Under the pieces are notes generated by a model, which saw nothing but the letters and a program-made list of their open reading frames with translations, ran no database searches and was not told where the DNA came from. From NCBI GenBank assembly GCA_965287045.1, contig OZ336873.1, positions 72,912,001-72,976,000 of the forward strand: a stretch of DNA of 64,000 bases, read 5' to 3'. Both the position numbers and the translations under genes were made by a program. How positions within the stretch are numbered: position 1 is the first letter of the stretch; every line of letters begins with the position of its first letter. Below, in pieces: positions 1-12,247 of the stretch. The DNA comes from Carcharhinus amblyrhynchos. Lineage: Eukaryota.

Positions 1-5
1 TCATA

Positions 6-690
6 GGCCCAATTTTACCGTCACGTTGCGCCCATTTTCAGGTGTGAAAACTTGGTTAAGTTGGGCGTGAGGCAATTAATGTGATTCACAGCATCCTCCG
101 TGCCTGCTTCCCCTCTTAACCAATAGCTGAAAATGGCTGCCATCTGGACCTCGGTCTGAAACGTGCGTGACGTCGATTTGCATGCATTTAAATTGACAAA
201 CTTACTGGCACTGCCCCCTTTACCATTGCATTCATCCATCCAGATTTGGCACAGAACAGACATGGTGTACAAAGGTTTGATTCGGGCACTCCAGCTTATA
301 AGGAGGTAAGTTCTGAGCTTCTGGCAGCTCTCTGACTCAGATCGGTTGGGGTGTTGGGTGGGGGGGAAGCAGGTTAGATGCTCTCTGGTGGTGGAAGGGG
401 AGGCGTGTCAGATGGCTGTCAGGGAGGTAGGAGGGTCTGGGAGGCAGAGAGTCTCCACTGCCACTCTGCATGCGATTGTGAGGAGGGGAAGAGTGGCCAA
501 ATCAGCCTGGGCAGCAGGATGGGATGAGGCGGGGGAGATAAGGGAGTCAGTTATGTTGTGGGGCTGGGACAATGTTTGTGGGGGCTGGAGGGAGGCATTA
601 TCTGGCCTGAGAGTGATCTGGCAGAGTTTTTCTTTTTTTTACTGTGCAGTTGAAGGCTCCGATTGGAGCTCCAGTGTTTTGGGCACATAA
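6..690. mobile_element. Putative non-autonomous DNA transposon remnant (PIF/Harbinger-like), cut off by the CR1
   Basis: Begins GGCCCAATTTTACC, resembling termini of shark Harbinger-like elements, followed by a G-rich low-complexity interior; no matching right terminus found. Confidence 0.3.
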
Positions 691-699
691 GCCCTTCCG

Positions 700-910
700 T
701 GTAGATGGGCGTAGGATAAATAGGATTAAAGAGATGAATGGGTGGCTCAGGGATTGGTGTGGCAGGAATGGGTTTGAATTTATGGGGCATTGGCACCAGT
801 ATTGGGGCAGGTGGGACCTGTTCAGATGGGATGGTCTTTGTCTGAACCGTGCTGGGACCAGAGTCCTGGCGAATCGTATATCTAGGACTGTACATAGGGC
901 TTTAAACTAA
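700..910 (+). pseudogene. CR1 ORF1 esterase (SGNH) C-terminal remnant
   Basis: EMNGWLRDWCGRNGFEFMGHWHQYWGRWDLFRWDGLCLNRAGTRVLA...ALN*, typical of vertebrate CR1 ORF1 (DGLHL motif altered to DGLCL). Confidence 0.88.
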
Positions 911-1069
911 TTGGGTGGGGGCGGGGGTGGGATTACAATGTCTAAAGTAAAAGAGAGGGTACGGATGCGGGAAAATGTTGAGGATGTCCCAATAATAAAG
1001 GGAATAGGGGGCATGAGAAAGGTTGGTAGCGTTCCTTCAAATAGGGTACAGATAAAGGCTGGGATAAAG

Positions 1070-3885
1070 AAATTTAACTTAATGCACGTAGCATTCAGAA
1101 CAAAGTGAATGAGCTGGTGGAGCAGATCAACACAAATGGATATGATCTGATGGCCATTACGGAAACGTGGTTGCAGGGTGACTGGGACTGGGAGCTGAAT
1201 GTCCAAGGGTATCAAGTGTTTAGGAATGATAGAAGGGAGGAGAAAGGGGGGTGGGGTAGCTCTGCTGATTAAGGATAATATCAGGGCAGTAGTAAGGGAA
1301 GATATAGGCTCCAAAGAGCAGAACGTGGAATTGTTGTGGGTGGAGATAAGGAACAGGAAGGGGAGGAAGACGCTGGTGGGTGTGGTCTATAGGCCTCCAA
1401 ATAATAACTTTGAGGTGGGGCGGGCTATAAACAAGCAAATAAATGATGTGTGCAGAAATGGAACGGCGATAATTATGGGGGATTTCAATCTGCATACTGA
1501 TTGGTTGACCCAAGTCGGACGTGGTGGGCTTGAGGAAGAGTTCTTGGAATGCTGTAGGGATAGTTTCCTTGAACAGTGTGTGACGGAACCAACGAGGGAG
1601 CGAGCTATCTTAGACCTGGTGTTGTGTAACGAGGCAGGAAGAATTAGGGATTTTGTTGTGAGGGATCCTCTTGGGACGAGCGATCATTGTATGGTTGAGT
1701 TTTTGATGCAGATGGAGGATGAGAAAGTAGGGTCCCGAACCTGTGTCCTCTGTTTGAACAGAGGGGAGTACGATAGGATGAGAGAGGAATTGGCAAATGT
1801 AGATTGGGGGCGCAGATTGGTCGGTAGGATGACTGAGGAACAGTGGAGGATCTTTAAGGAGAACTTCTTCGGTGCTCAGCAGAAATATATTCCAGTGGCA
1901 GAGAAGGAACATAGGAGAAGGGATAATCAGCCGTGGTTATCGAAGGAAATAAAGGAGAGTATTAAATTAAAAGCTGATGCATTTAGAGTGGCTAAAAATA
2001 GTGGGCGAGTAGAAGATTGGGAGACGTTCAAAAATCAACAAAGAATGACTAAGAAGGTGATAAAGAAAGGAAGGATAGACTATGAAGCTAAACTAGCACT
2101 AAATATAAAAAAGGACAGGAAGAGTTTTTACAAATATATAAAGAGGAGGAGGCTGGCTAGAGTGAATGTTGGACCCTTCGAGGATGAGAGGGGGGATTGA
2201 GTGGTAGGAGATGAGGAAATGGCTGAGGCCTTAAATAAGTTTTTTGCCTCGGTCTTCACGGAGGAGGACGCGAATAGTTTATCGGATGTTAAAGATAGAA
2301 GGATGGTAGGAGTTGAGGGCCTGAATGCGATTACTGTCACTAGAGAGGTAGTGCTTGATTGACTAACGGGACTGATGGTGGACAAGTCCCCAGGACCGGA
2401 TGGAATGTATCCCAGGGTTCTGAAGGACAATGGCAGAGGTGATAGTAGATGCCTTAGTGATTATTTACCAAACTTCGCTGGATTCCGGGGAAGTGCCGGA
2501 AGATTGGAAAACGGCTAATGTTACGCCGCTGTTTAAAAAAGGTAGCAGGCAAAAGGCAGGGAATTATAGGCCGGTTAGTTTAACGTCTGTTGTTGGAAAA
2601 ATGCTTGAATCCGTCATCAAAGAAGAAATAGCGAGGCACCTGGAAAGCAATGGTTTGATAGAGTTGATGCAGCATGGATTCATTAAGGGGAAGTCGTGTT
2701 TGACGAATTTATTGGATTTCTATGAGGATGTGACTAGTGCGGTAGACAGAGGGGAACCAGTGGATGTGGTGTTTCTCGATTTTTCAAAAGGCATTTGATA
2801 AGGGGCTGCACAAAAAGTTGCTTCAGAAGGTTAGGGGGCATGGAGTTGGGGGTAAGGTGTTAGCATGGATAGAGGATTGGTTGTCTAATAGGAGGCAGAG
2901 AGTTGGTATCAATGGGTGCTATTCTGATTGGTGGTTGGTGACTAGTGGAGTGCCGCAGGGATCGGTGCTGGGGCCTCAGCTATTTACCATTTATATAGAT
3001 GATCTGGAGGAGGGGGCTGAGTGTAAGATGACGAAATTTGCTGATGACACAAAGATGAGTGGAAAAGCAAATTGTGCGGAGGGTGTGGAAAGTCTGCAGA
3101 GGGATCTGGATAGGCTGAACGAGTGGGCGAGGACCTGGCAGATGGAGTACAATGTTAGCAAGTGTGAGGTTATCCACTTTGGCAGGAATAATAGTAGGAG
3201 GGATTACTATTTAAAGGGCAAAAAGCTGCAGCATGCTACGGTACAGAGGGACTTTGAGGGTCCTTGTGCATGAGTTGCAAAAACCCAGTCTGCAGATGCA
3301 GCAGGTGATCAAGAAGGCGAATGGGATGCTGGCCTTTATAGCAAGGGAGATAGAATATAAAAGCAGGGAGGTCTTGCTGCAACTGTACAGGGCACTAGTG
3401 AGGCCGCAGCTGGAGTAGTGTATGCAGTTTTGATCGCCGCACTTGTACAAGGATATTTTGGCCTTGGAGGGAGTGCAGAGGAGGTTCACTAGGCTGATAC
3501 CAGGGATGAGGGGGTTAGACTATGAAGAGAGACTAAATAGACTGGATCAGTACTCGTTGGAGTTTAGAAGGATGAGGGGTGATCTTACAGAGACGTATAA
3601 GATAATGAAAGGAATGGATAGGGTAGAGGTGGAGAGATTCTTCCCACTCAGAAAGGACAGCAGGACTAGAGGGCACAGCCTCAAGACTGGGGGGGGGGGG
3701 GAGTGCAGTTTAGAACGGAGTTGAGGAGAAACTTCTTCACTTAAAGGGTGGTGAATCTCTGAAATTCTCTGCCCGTTGAAGTGGTGGAGGCTACCTTGCT
3801 AAATATATTTAAGACACGGGTAGATAGGTTTTTGACAGACAAGGGAATTAAGGGTTATGGGGCAAAAGCAGAAAAGTGGAACTGA
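1070..3885 (+). pseudogene. CR1 ORF2 (endonuclease + reverse transcriptase), frameshifted
   Basis: ORF pieces 1199-2200, 2430-2798, 2764-3273, 3233-3418 and 3443-3724 are consecutive parts of one ORF2. Confidence 0.95.
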
Positions 3886-4119
3886 TCCACTTCAGATCAG
3901 CCATGATTTTATTGAATGGCGGGGCAGGCTCAAAGGGCTAGATGGCCTACTCCTGCTCCTACTACTTATGTTCTTATGTCAGGCTTCTGCAGTGCGATTC
4001 AAAAATCGCTGATTTATATTCATTTTAAATTGTCTCTAATCGTCCATTGGCCATTTACCTTTTCTTATTTCCTTCATAAACCTTTGCAAAATAATGAAAT
4101 CATTTCTGCTTGGTTGATT

Positions 4120-4225
4120 TAAAATAAAAGCAAATTTGAAATTAAACAGTAAATTCTGGAAATACTCAAGACGTCTAGCAATATTTGTTAAGAGAATAAC
4201 GATTGATGTTTTGAGTCAAAGATGT
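4120..4225 (-). mobile_element. Degenerate Penelope (Neptune-type) pLTR fragment
   Basis: ctggaaatactca...agca...agagaa resembles the reverse complement of the 22740-22875 pLTR family. Confidence 0.35.
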
Positions 4226-5446
4226 TTAATAATATCACTTAATTTTAACAGGCTCCCTGAGCCCATCCAAGGGGTTCCCCCACTCTTAGCTCCCAGGTTG
4301 GCCTTTCAAATCCCAGCTCCATACCCCGTTTACTAGAGCCCAGCTTGCCATCCTGCCAAACCTCAAAATCCTGGATCCAACGTCACATGCCTCTGCAGCA
4401 AAGTACTGGAAAGCTGCCGGCCTCTGGCTTCTTGTTTGGCAGTTTGTGAAAGTGTGCAGGGATAATGACAGTTCAGTGAACTAAGTCCCAGAAGCAAATT
4501 TGGGTTCAGTGGTCCTTGCCTGTTCCTTTTTAACCAAATCGAACATAGCATAGCAGATGGCCATCAGATTTTCAAGTGAACTCACCAACAAGAAGAAACA
4601 TTCTTTCCGTATCCAACTTATCAATATCATTCAGGATCTAATGTACTTTGATCAAGTCACTCTTCATTCTTCTAAACTCCAGTGGAAACAAATCCAGCCT
4701 ATACAACGTATCCTCAAAAGACAACCTACTCATTCCAGAAATCAAACTAGTAAACCTCTTCTGAACTGTCTTCAATACGTTTACATCCTTCCTTAAATAA
4801 GGAGACCAAAAGTGCACAATGGCACAAGATGCAGCCTCACCAATGCCATGTATAACTGAAGCATAATATCCTTCTGTTTAGTTTCTCACATAATTAAAAA
4901 CAGCATACTATTTGCCTTTGTTGCCTGCAGAATACGCTATAAAAAATACTTCCAGCACTTTACCACTCAAAATACATTTACCCAAGTGCTCTTACTTTGA
5001 GACAGACAAAGGACTGTGGTTCGAACTTGGCTTAATTGAAACCACTTGCAGATTAAAAAAAAACAATTTGTGCACAATAAATTAAGTTAATTTTTCCCAA
5101 GCTAAGCTAATTACCTGAGAAACAGATACTACCTGCTCTGATGAAATTGATTGGGCAGTTAGATTCAACTGCGCTTGCATTGATAGATGATCTTGGGGCT
5201 TTGTTGGTATTAAGGTGGATCTTGTACGCCCTCTTCTGTCGTTACAGTAAGTTAGTTGAGCCTTCACTGGAGTTCTTCTTAAGATGGCTGTTTTTATCTC
5301 CCTCTTTAAGCCCTTCTGGAATGTTTTCTGGCTTTCAGCCAATAGGGTGACAGGGCAAGGGTCACAACACCCAATGAGGTTAGGCCAGATCATCCTGGTT
5401 GTACACATCTCCTTTCAGGATGTGGATAATAGGGAGTCTGTCTGAG

Positions 5447-6326
5447 TAGCCATGGTGTGGATATGCCGGCGTTGGACTGGGGTAAACACAGTAAAAAGTC
5501 TGACAACACCAGGTTTAAGTCCAACCGATTTATTTGATAGTACACTCACTAGCTTTCGGGGTTATTCCTTTCGTCAGGTGAATGGAGAGTTCTGGCCTCA
5601 GACAGAGCATATAAAGCACAGACAGTTTACAGATTACTGATTAGAATGCAAATCTTTACACCTAACCTGCTGTTCAAGTCTTAAAGTGGCCGACAGTGTG
5701 AGTGGAAGGAGCACTGATCACAGGTTAAAGAGATGTGTATTGTCTCCAGACAGTACAGTAAGTGAGGTTTTGCAAACCCAGGCAAGTCACGGGGGTTACA
5801 GATAGTGCGACATCAACCCAAGATCCTTGTTGAGACCGTCCTCGTGTGCGGAACTTGGCTATCAGTCTCTGCTCAGTGACTCTGCACTGTCGTGTGTCGT
5901 GAAGGCCGCCTTGCAGAATAAGGCGGCCTTCACGACACACGACAGCGCAGAGTCTGATAGCCAAGTTCCGCACACATGAGGACGGTCTCAACAAGGATCT
6001 TGGGTTCATGTCGCACCATCTGTAACCCCCGTGACTTTACCTGGGTTTGCAAAACCTCACTTTACTGTACTGTCTGGAGAGAGTACACACCTCTTTGACC
6101 TGTGATCAGTGCTCCTTCCACTCACATTGTCGGCCACTTTAAGACTTGAACAGCAGGTTAGGTGTAAAGATTCGCATTCTAATCTGTAAACTGTCTGTTC
6201 TTTATATGCTCTGTCTGAGGCCAGAACTCTCCATTCACCTGATGAAGGGACTAACCCCAAAAGCTAGTGAGTGTACCATCAAATAAATCAGTTGGACTTA
6301 AACCTGGTGTTGTCAGACTTTTTACT
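5447..6326 (-). mobile_element. Penelope-like element: 3' fragment with inverted 5' copy (long palindrome)
   Basis: Arms 5489-5912 and 5920-6327 are reverse complements around loop GCAGAAT; GIY-YIG C-terminal remnant (LQGGLHDTRQCRVTEQRLIAKFRT); hammerhead-type core in the pLTRs; 13-bp TSD GAGTCTGTCTGAG at 5434-5446 and 6327-6339. Confidence 0.9.
5546..5581 (-). ncRNA. Minimal type I hammerhead ribozyme motif in pLTR (stem II weakened)
   Basis: Minus strand reads UCAC-CUGACGA-AAGGAAUAACCCC-GAA-AGCU-A-GUGA. The mirror copy at ~6235-6270 has GAAA changed to AAAA. Confidence 0.65.
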
Positions 6327-7429
6327 GAGTCTGTCTGAGACCAGAGAACGCATAATCATTATATATTTTTCTGTTCTTCAGGCTGAGTACCTCTTGATGG
6401 ATTTTGGGCCGTTATGACTCTTCCATTGTTAAGTTTGAGCATCTGTAGTCCATACAAGAGATCTGGTTTCTGGTCATAATGACTCCCCAATTGTAGATCA
6501 CCTAGATTCCTCTGCAACTCTCAATTCTGTAGTTATTCTCTATTTAATACTCTGCTTTTCATTTTTCCTGCTGAAGTGAACAACTTTACATTTTCCACAT
6601 TACATTTCAGATTTTTTGCCTACTCGCTGAACCAATCTATATTTGTCTGCAAACTCCTTATGTCTTCTACATAACATACATTCCACCTATTTTTGCATTG
6701 TCTGCAAAGTTAGCTACCCTTCCTTTACTACCCTCATCCAAACCACTGATATAAATTGTAAGAAGTTACAGTCTGTAATCAGCACAGACCCCTGCGGGAC
6801 TCTTAATTGTCATATCTTGCCAATCAGAAACAGACCCATTTATGCATATTCTTTGTTTTATGCCAGACAGCCAATCTTCTGTCCCTGCTAATATGATATC
6901 CCATATACACCATGAGTGCTTACTTTCCACAATAATCTTTGATGTGGCAACTTATCACCTGCCTTCTGGAAATCCAAGTACAATAATGAATACTGGTTCT
7001 CTTTTAACTATAACACATTACTACTTGAAACAACTCCGATTAAGTTAGTTAAACATGATTTCTCATTGACAAAATCATTTAAGTGTCAAGCTACAACATT
7101 TTTATTGATTCTAACATCTTCCTCACAACATACATCAAGCTACCTGGCCTATAGTTTTCTGATTTCTTCCTCCCTCCCCTCTTGAACAGAGAGGTTATAG
7201 TTGCTACTTTCCAGTCAGATGGAACCTTTCCAGAATCTAGAGAATTAAAGTTACATTGGTACTTTTGGCATCCTTTTAACACACGCACTCAGCAGTTCTT
7301 CTTATATACTTTGTCCCACGTTGTGATTATTGTCAGGGGGCCTGTAGGTCACCCCCAAAGAAGTGGTGATTTCTTTCACTACTGTCCCGCACCTCCACCC
7401 AAACCGATTCCACATCCTGATCCTTCTTT

Positions 7430-7790
7430 TAATTCATTTTGTGGGACATGGATTTTTTGGATGGACCAGCATTTATTGCCCATCCCTAGTTGCCTAAGGG
7501 CAGTTGAGAGTCAACCATATTGCTTATGGTTCTGGAGTGAACCATAGGCCAGACCAGGTAAGGATGGTAGATTCCCTTCCCTGAAGGACATTAGTGAACC
7601 AGATGGGATTTTTTACCAACAATTGACAATGATTTCATGGTCATCAGTAGATTCTTAATTCTAGATTTCATTTTATTGAATTGAAATTCCACCATCTGCT
7701 GTGACAGGATTTGAACCCAGATCCCCAGAATATTAGCTGAGTTTCAGCATTAATAATAGTTTAGCGATAATACCACTAGGCTATCACCTC
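7430..7790 (-). mobile_element. tRNA-derived shark SINE, tail shared with the ancient CR1-group LINE
   Basis: tRNA-like head (ggttcaaatcc box B), core ...gtccttcagggaagggaatctaccatccttacctggtctggcc..., tail ggcaactagggatgggcaataaatgctgg. Confidence 0.75.
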
Positions 7791-8624
7791 CTTTAACCAA
7801 ATTTATCTCTAACGATCGCTCAAATTGATTAACAATTCTACCTCCCCACTTTTACCTAGCTTCCTGTTGTTCTTGAATATCATAAACCCCCTCAATGTTC
7901 AGGACCCAATCCATGTCATTCATCCTGCAGCCCCGTCTCCTTAATGGCTATTAGATCGTATTTGTTTGCTTCAGTATGTGATATTAATTCATTTACTTTA
8001 TGAATGCCACGTGCATTCAGACACAGAGGCTTTTAGCTTTGTCCTTTTTATCTTTGTAACATCAGTTTTAATGGTTGATGCTTTTCTCTATCTGTTCCTG
8101 CCATTCCCTGACCTTAATTCTCCATTTTACTATTATCCTGTCTCACCTTGTCTCTACTGTAATGTACCGCATCTTTCCACGTTTGATCCCTTGCCCCCCC
8201 CATTTAGTTTATAGCCTTCTCTGCTTCCCTAGTTATGTGGCTCGCAAGAACATTGGTCCCAGCATGGTTCAGTTGTAGACTGTTCCACTGGTAAAGCCCT
8301 CACTTTCCCTAGCACTGGTGCCAGTGCCCCACCAACCGGAGTTGGAGGGAGAGCATTTGAGCAATTCTTTCTAGTTATTGTGATTGGTAACCAATGACAT
8401 GATTCATAATACATATTCAGAACCATGCGTTCCCTAAAGTGTTCTTGTCAGCTGTTGGGTAAGCCTGTCAGTTTGGGCTCATTTTGGGGGTGTAATGTTT
8501 TCAGTCCTTGTGTCCACTTATTGCATCATTCAGCCTGTAGCAGCAGGCAGGAGAATTTGACTGGGCATAACTAAATTGTTGAGAAACAAGAATTAATTCC
8601 TTGAACTAAACTTCAGCAACTAAT

Positions 8625-9410
8625 CCAAAATTCTTGCTGTCCAGATCCTAACTTGCACTGAACTCCATTCACCTATAACCCTGTGGTTGCTGGCTTGTGT
8701 TTGACTCCAGTCTACCCTTAAATTTTAAATTCTCCTCCCTTATGTGCAAATCCCTCCTCCCTCCCTATCTCTAACCACCTCTAGCCATGCAACCTTCCCA
8801 GATCTCTGTATTACTACAACCAGCCTCCCATTCATTGACTCCGTCTACACTTCCCACTGTCTTGACAAAGCAGCCAGCGTAATTAAGGACACCATGCACC
8901 TCGGGCATTTTCTGTTCCACCACCTTCCTTTTGGGGAAAAAGATACAAAAATCTGAGGTCACATCCCAACCGACTCAAGAACAGCTTTTTCCTTGCTGCT
9001 GTCAGACTTTTGAATGGACTTGCCTTGCATTAGGTTGATCTTTCTCTACACCCTAGCTATGACTGTAACACTACATTTTGCACTCTCCCATTTCCTTCTG
9101 TATGAATGGTATGTTTTGTCTGTATAGCACACAGGAAACAATACTTTTCAGTGAATGTTAATAGATGTGACAATAATAAATAAAATTAAATCAAACTCTG
9201 GCTTTTTGCACATTTCCCATTTCCTTCATCCCACCTTTGGCTGCCTGGTCCCCTCAGCTCTGGTATTCTTGCTTTAAATGTCTGTACTTTTCCTTCAAAC
9301 TAATCTTTTGCTCGTCTGTCCTAACCTCTGTTCCGCTCAGTGTTATTGTTTTGTCTGAGAAAACTTCTATGAAGCACATTGATAATTGTTCATGGCATTA
9401 CTAAATGCAT
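8625..9410 (+). mobile_element. L2 LINE 3' fragment split by a Rex1/Babar insertion
   Basis: L2-like 3' ORF2 and UTR sequence at 8625-8820 and 9196-9410 (gtccagatcctaact..., tttaaattctc, ctctatgaagcac). Confidence 0.6.
8820..9195 (+). mobile_element. Rex1/Babar LINE 3' fragment
   Basis: SLPFIDSVYTSHCLDKAASVIKD..HLGHFLFHHLP and cgactcaagaacagc (RLKNSF); same family as 25952-27070. Confidence 0.8.
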
Positions 9411-10489
9411 TTTGTGATGTGCAACGCACCTGAAATTACTGTTTTAACAGCAGTTTTAGTCTGCTCCCTTTAAGCAAATTAACAACAACTTTGAAACTTC
9501 CAGGCTAAATTATTCCATCTTCATGTATTTGTGACTGCTCCCTGGAGATTCTCATTTGTCTTTGTTAGGAGCTGTAGATATTTGTGTTTTATACTAAATC
9601 TGTTTTTGCATACAGAACTAATATGAACAATAATTCTGCTCTGGAGTTGCCATTGGGAAAGGGGGATTTTGGAGAATGAGAACTGTCTCTTGTAGAAACC
9701 TCCCTCACTTTTGTTGCCTTATTTTGCTACCAGAGCACTTGCTGATGTTTTTAAAATGAAAACCATGCCACATTTCTTGTTACAAGTAGCGCTGAAGTAT
9801 GTTAGTTCTCATCACTGTCAGTGAATTGTTACTTACTTCGTATTTGCTGATCTGCTGACTCAGTAGATGCAGTAGTTGTAGCCAGCTGATTTATCTCTAT
9901 GCAGTTTATATATTGTATGTGAACTACTTCAGCCCCCAAGTTGGGTGGGAGTATTGAATGTTACTTTACTGTGTATCTTAGATTGTAAGTAAAAACATTG
10001 GAAATTTTCAGTAAGAGAAACCTGACACTAATTATGAATGGCAACCAAAAATCTATGGTGCAATAAATTTAACATGGGGTATTGTGGATTGTACATTTAT
10101 AACTTGTATTGATTGGAGCATGGTTTCTAACGAAAAGTGCTTGGTCCTATTGTAAAAATGCTGAAATTATTTGGTCTGTTAACAGCATGTGTGCAAACAT
10201 ATTTATGCAAAAAGCCCACAATGTGAATGCATAGTGTGCGTGAAAAAAAGACCTTGCTGTTATATAGTTATTTTGTTAGAAGAGGAAGAGGCCATTCTGA
10301 CTCTTAAACATGTTCCATCATTTTATTTTGAGCACACAAATTAAATCATCAATCCAATTCTAAATTTAAGAGAATATAATTTATGTTTATGGAGCCTGTC
10401 ATCATCATTGACCAATGTAGGTCTGGGCATCAGTGTTTTGAATCTTCACAGTGCTTCATTACTGTACATTTCTCCCAAAGGCCCCTCCC

Positions 10490-10790
10490 TCATTTCTGTT
10501 CTCCTTTTGTAATTATTCTATCACCCTCTGCCCTGCCAGCTCCCTTGTCCCTCCTGCTGCCTCCCCACTCTACCCTCCCACCCTCCCCCCCCCACCCCCC
10601 CTCCCTTTTCCCTTCTGCCGTCCCCCAGCTCCCTTTTCTCTCTTGCCAGCCCACACTCCATCCCACAAATACACGCAGAGCTCTCTCTCCTACCTCACGC
10701 CCAATCTCCTTTCTCCTCTTCTCCTCCTCCTTCACTTCTCCCAGCCCTTCTTTCACCCCTTCCCTCCTTTCTGCTCCATTTTACCCAAGC
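10490..10790. repeat. C/T-rich low-complexity polypyrimidine tract
   Basis: About 300 nt strongly enriched in C and T on the + strand, with multiple C runs. Confidence 0.85.
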
Positions 10791-12247
10791 TTATTCTTGC
10801 AGTATCTCTTCCAAAATAGTCTTCTTGCTGCTTATGTCTGACCATGCCTTTGCTTATTTCCTGATTTGAGCACCTGATCATTTTCTGCTTTGGCTGCATC
10901 CAGATATAAATTGCCTTGGGACATTTCATTTGATTGTCGATGCTGTATTATTACAAATCATTGAGAACAGGAAACTGTTTTCTGTTGAGAAATTGCTAGC
11001 CTTGCTACTACCTGAATTGTTGCAGGGCAGATTCATAACTATATCATAGGCCAGGTGTGTCCGTCGGTGAAGGAATACGAGGCCGTGACTGTGGCTACAT
11101 TTTCCAAATATGGGTGTATCCTCCGAGTTGAGTTTTGTTGTTGGGGGTGGGGGGGGTGGGGTGCGGGTGTGTGGTGGCTGTTTGTGAGTTGAGGCAGTGC
11201 AACATCCCGCCTGAAGTAGTTAGCTTGAAGCAAAAAACTTTGGCAAGGAAGGCTGAGGAAGGGAAGACTTAGAATCAGGGTAATTATGTATTTAAAAGTG
11301 CTTCAAGATTTTCATGTCCTGGTAATGCTGGATGAAAATCATGCAGATTTAATTTGATAAATCTGTTCTTCCAAAGGTTACATGTCTCTATCAGCAGATG
11401 GCTGCCTGTCCCATCTGTCACTTCGGATAAATGGAATCTGCTTGTAGTTGTGTGTGGGTAAATTGATGTATGATCTGTGCGGCTTAATTAGGTAATGCAA
11501 GTCCTTTAAGGATGCGTTTACGTGCCAGAGCATCCATGCAAAGAAGTTTGACAATTCTATTGCAATTGCAACTTGAAACTGAAGTCAGGAGGCTGACTGA
11601 CACCAGAAGGAAATGAATTGAAATTATGGAGGAGTGAGTCTGACTGCACTTTGGAGTTAATTCATGTTTAAAGTGAGTTATACTGCATGTTTATGTATGG
11701 TCATTCATCAATCAGAGCAGGAACTTCAGGACAAGTAGCAGACGCTGAAATTATATGTCACATCTAATCATAGTATAAACGTAATCTCAATCTACCAAAA
11801 TATTAATGGCATGCATTGGAAGCCAACTTTTGCTCCTGAAAGTACCATAAAATCAATGAATTTGTGCATCATTTTGTTTTGTCCCTGTAAGAGCTTCCCA
11901 TGAAATGTTTACACCAGCAAAATTTTTGAACTTTGAAATAAACTGTACAGCCCTGTCTGTCCAGGTGGATCATGAGGTGTGCCTGATGTGAAATGATTAA
12001 ACCCTTTTATGTTCCAGTATCCTGGCACTGTCATTTACTGCATTGTGATGAGGAGTTTCAGATCTTTTGAACAGCAATATAAGGACAGTCTTAGTGTATT
12101 TTGAATCAGAAAAATATTCCAAATTCAATAGTTGGCAGAGGCTGTAATTTAACTTGGAGGTTACTAGGTGGGATGGCTCATTTTCAGGAATTACTGTTTC
12201 CGTACAGTTTGTTTCAGAGGCTGATACAAACCAACTTATTTGTCTCT

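Larger units (their letters stand above)
700..3977 (+). mobile_element. CR1 LINE, 5'-truncated within ORF1, ORF2 nearly complete but disrupted
   Basis: ORF1 SGNH-esterase C-terminus, then APE endonuclease (ITETW, GDFN, SDH) and RT (NYRPVSLTS, GVPQGSVLGP, KFADDTK) with frameshifts and stops; CR1 3' UTR ending ttatgttcttatgt. Confidence 0.97.
4930..6490. mobile_element. Unidentified insertion in the old CR1 (possibly an LTR remnant), itself hosting the Penelope palindrome
   Basis: Non-CR1 sequence separating two collinear CR1 pieces; no coding homology seen. Confidence 0.3.
4540..8335 (-). mobile_element. Old, fragmented CR1 LINE interrupted by later insertions
   Basis: Collinear minus-strand pieces: 3' ORF2 at 4540-4930, RT at 6490-7260 (SGKVPSDWKVATITSLFKRGGRKKSENYRP), endonuclease at 7300-8040, ORF1 esterase end at 8200-8335. 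Confidence 0.8.

Noticed and set aside
10383-10841. Pro/Ser-rich 152-aa and 122-aa ORFs
   Set aside because: Stop-poor low-complexity pyrimidine tract with no coding signature.
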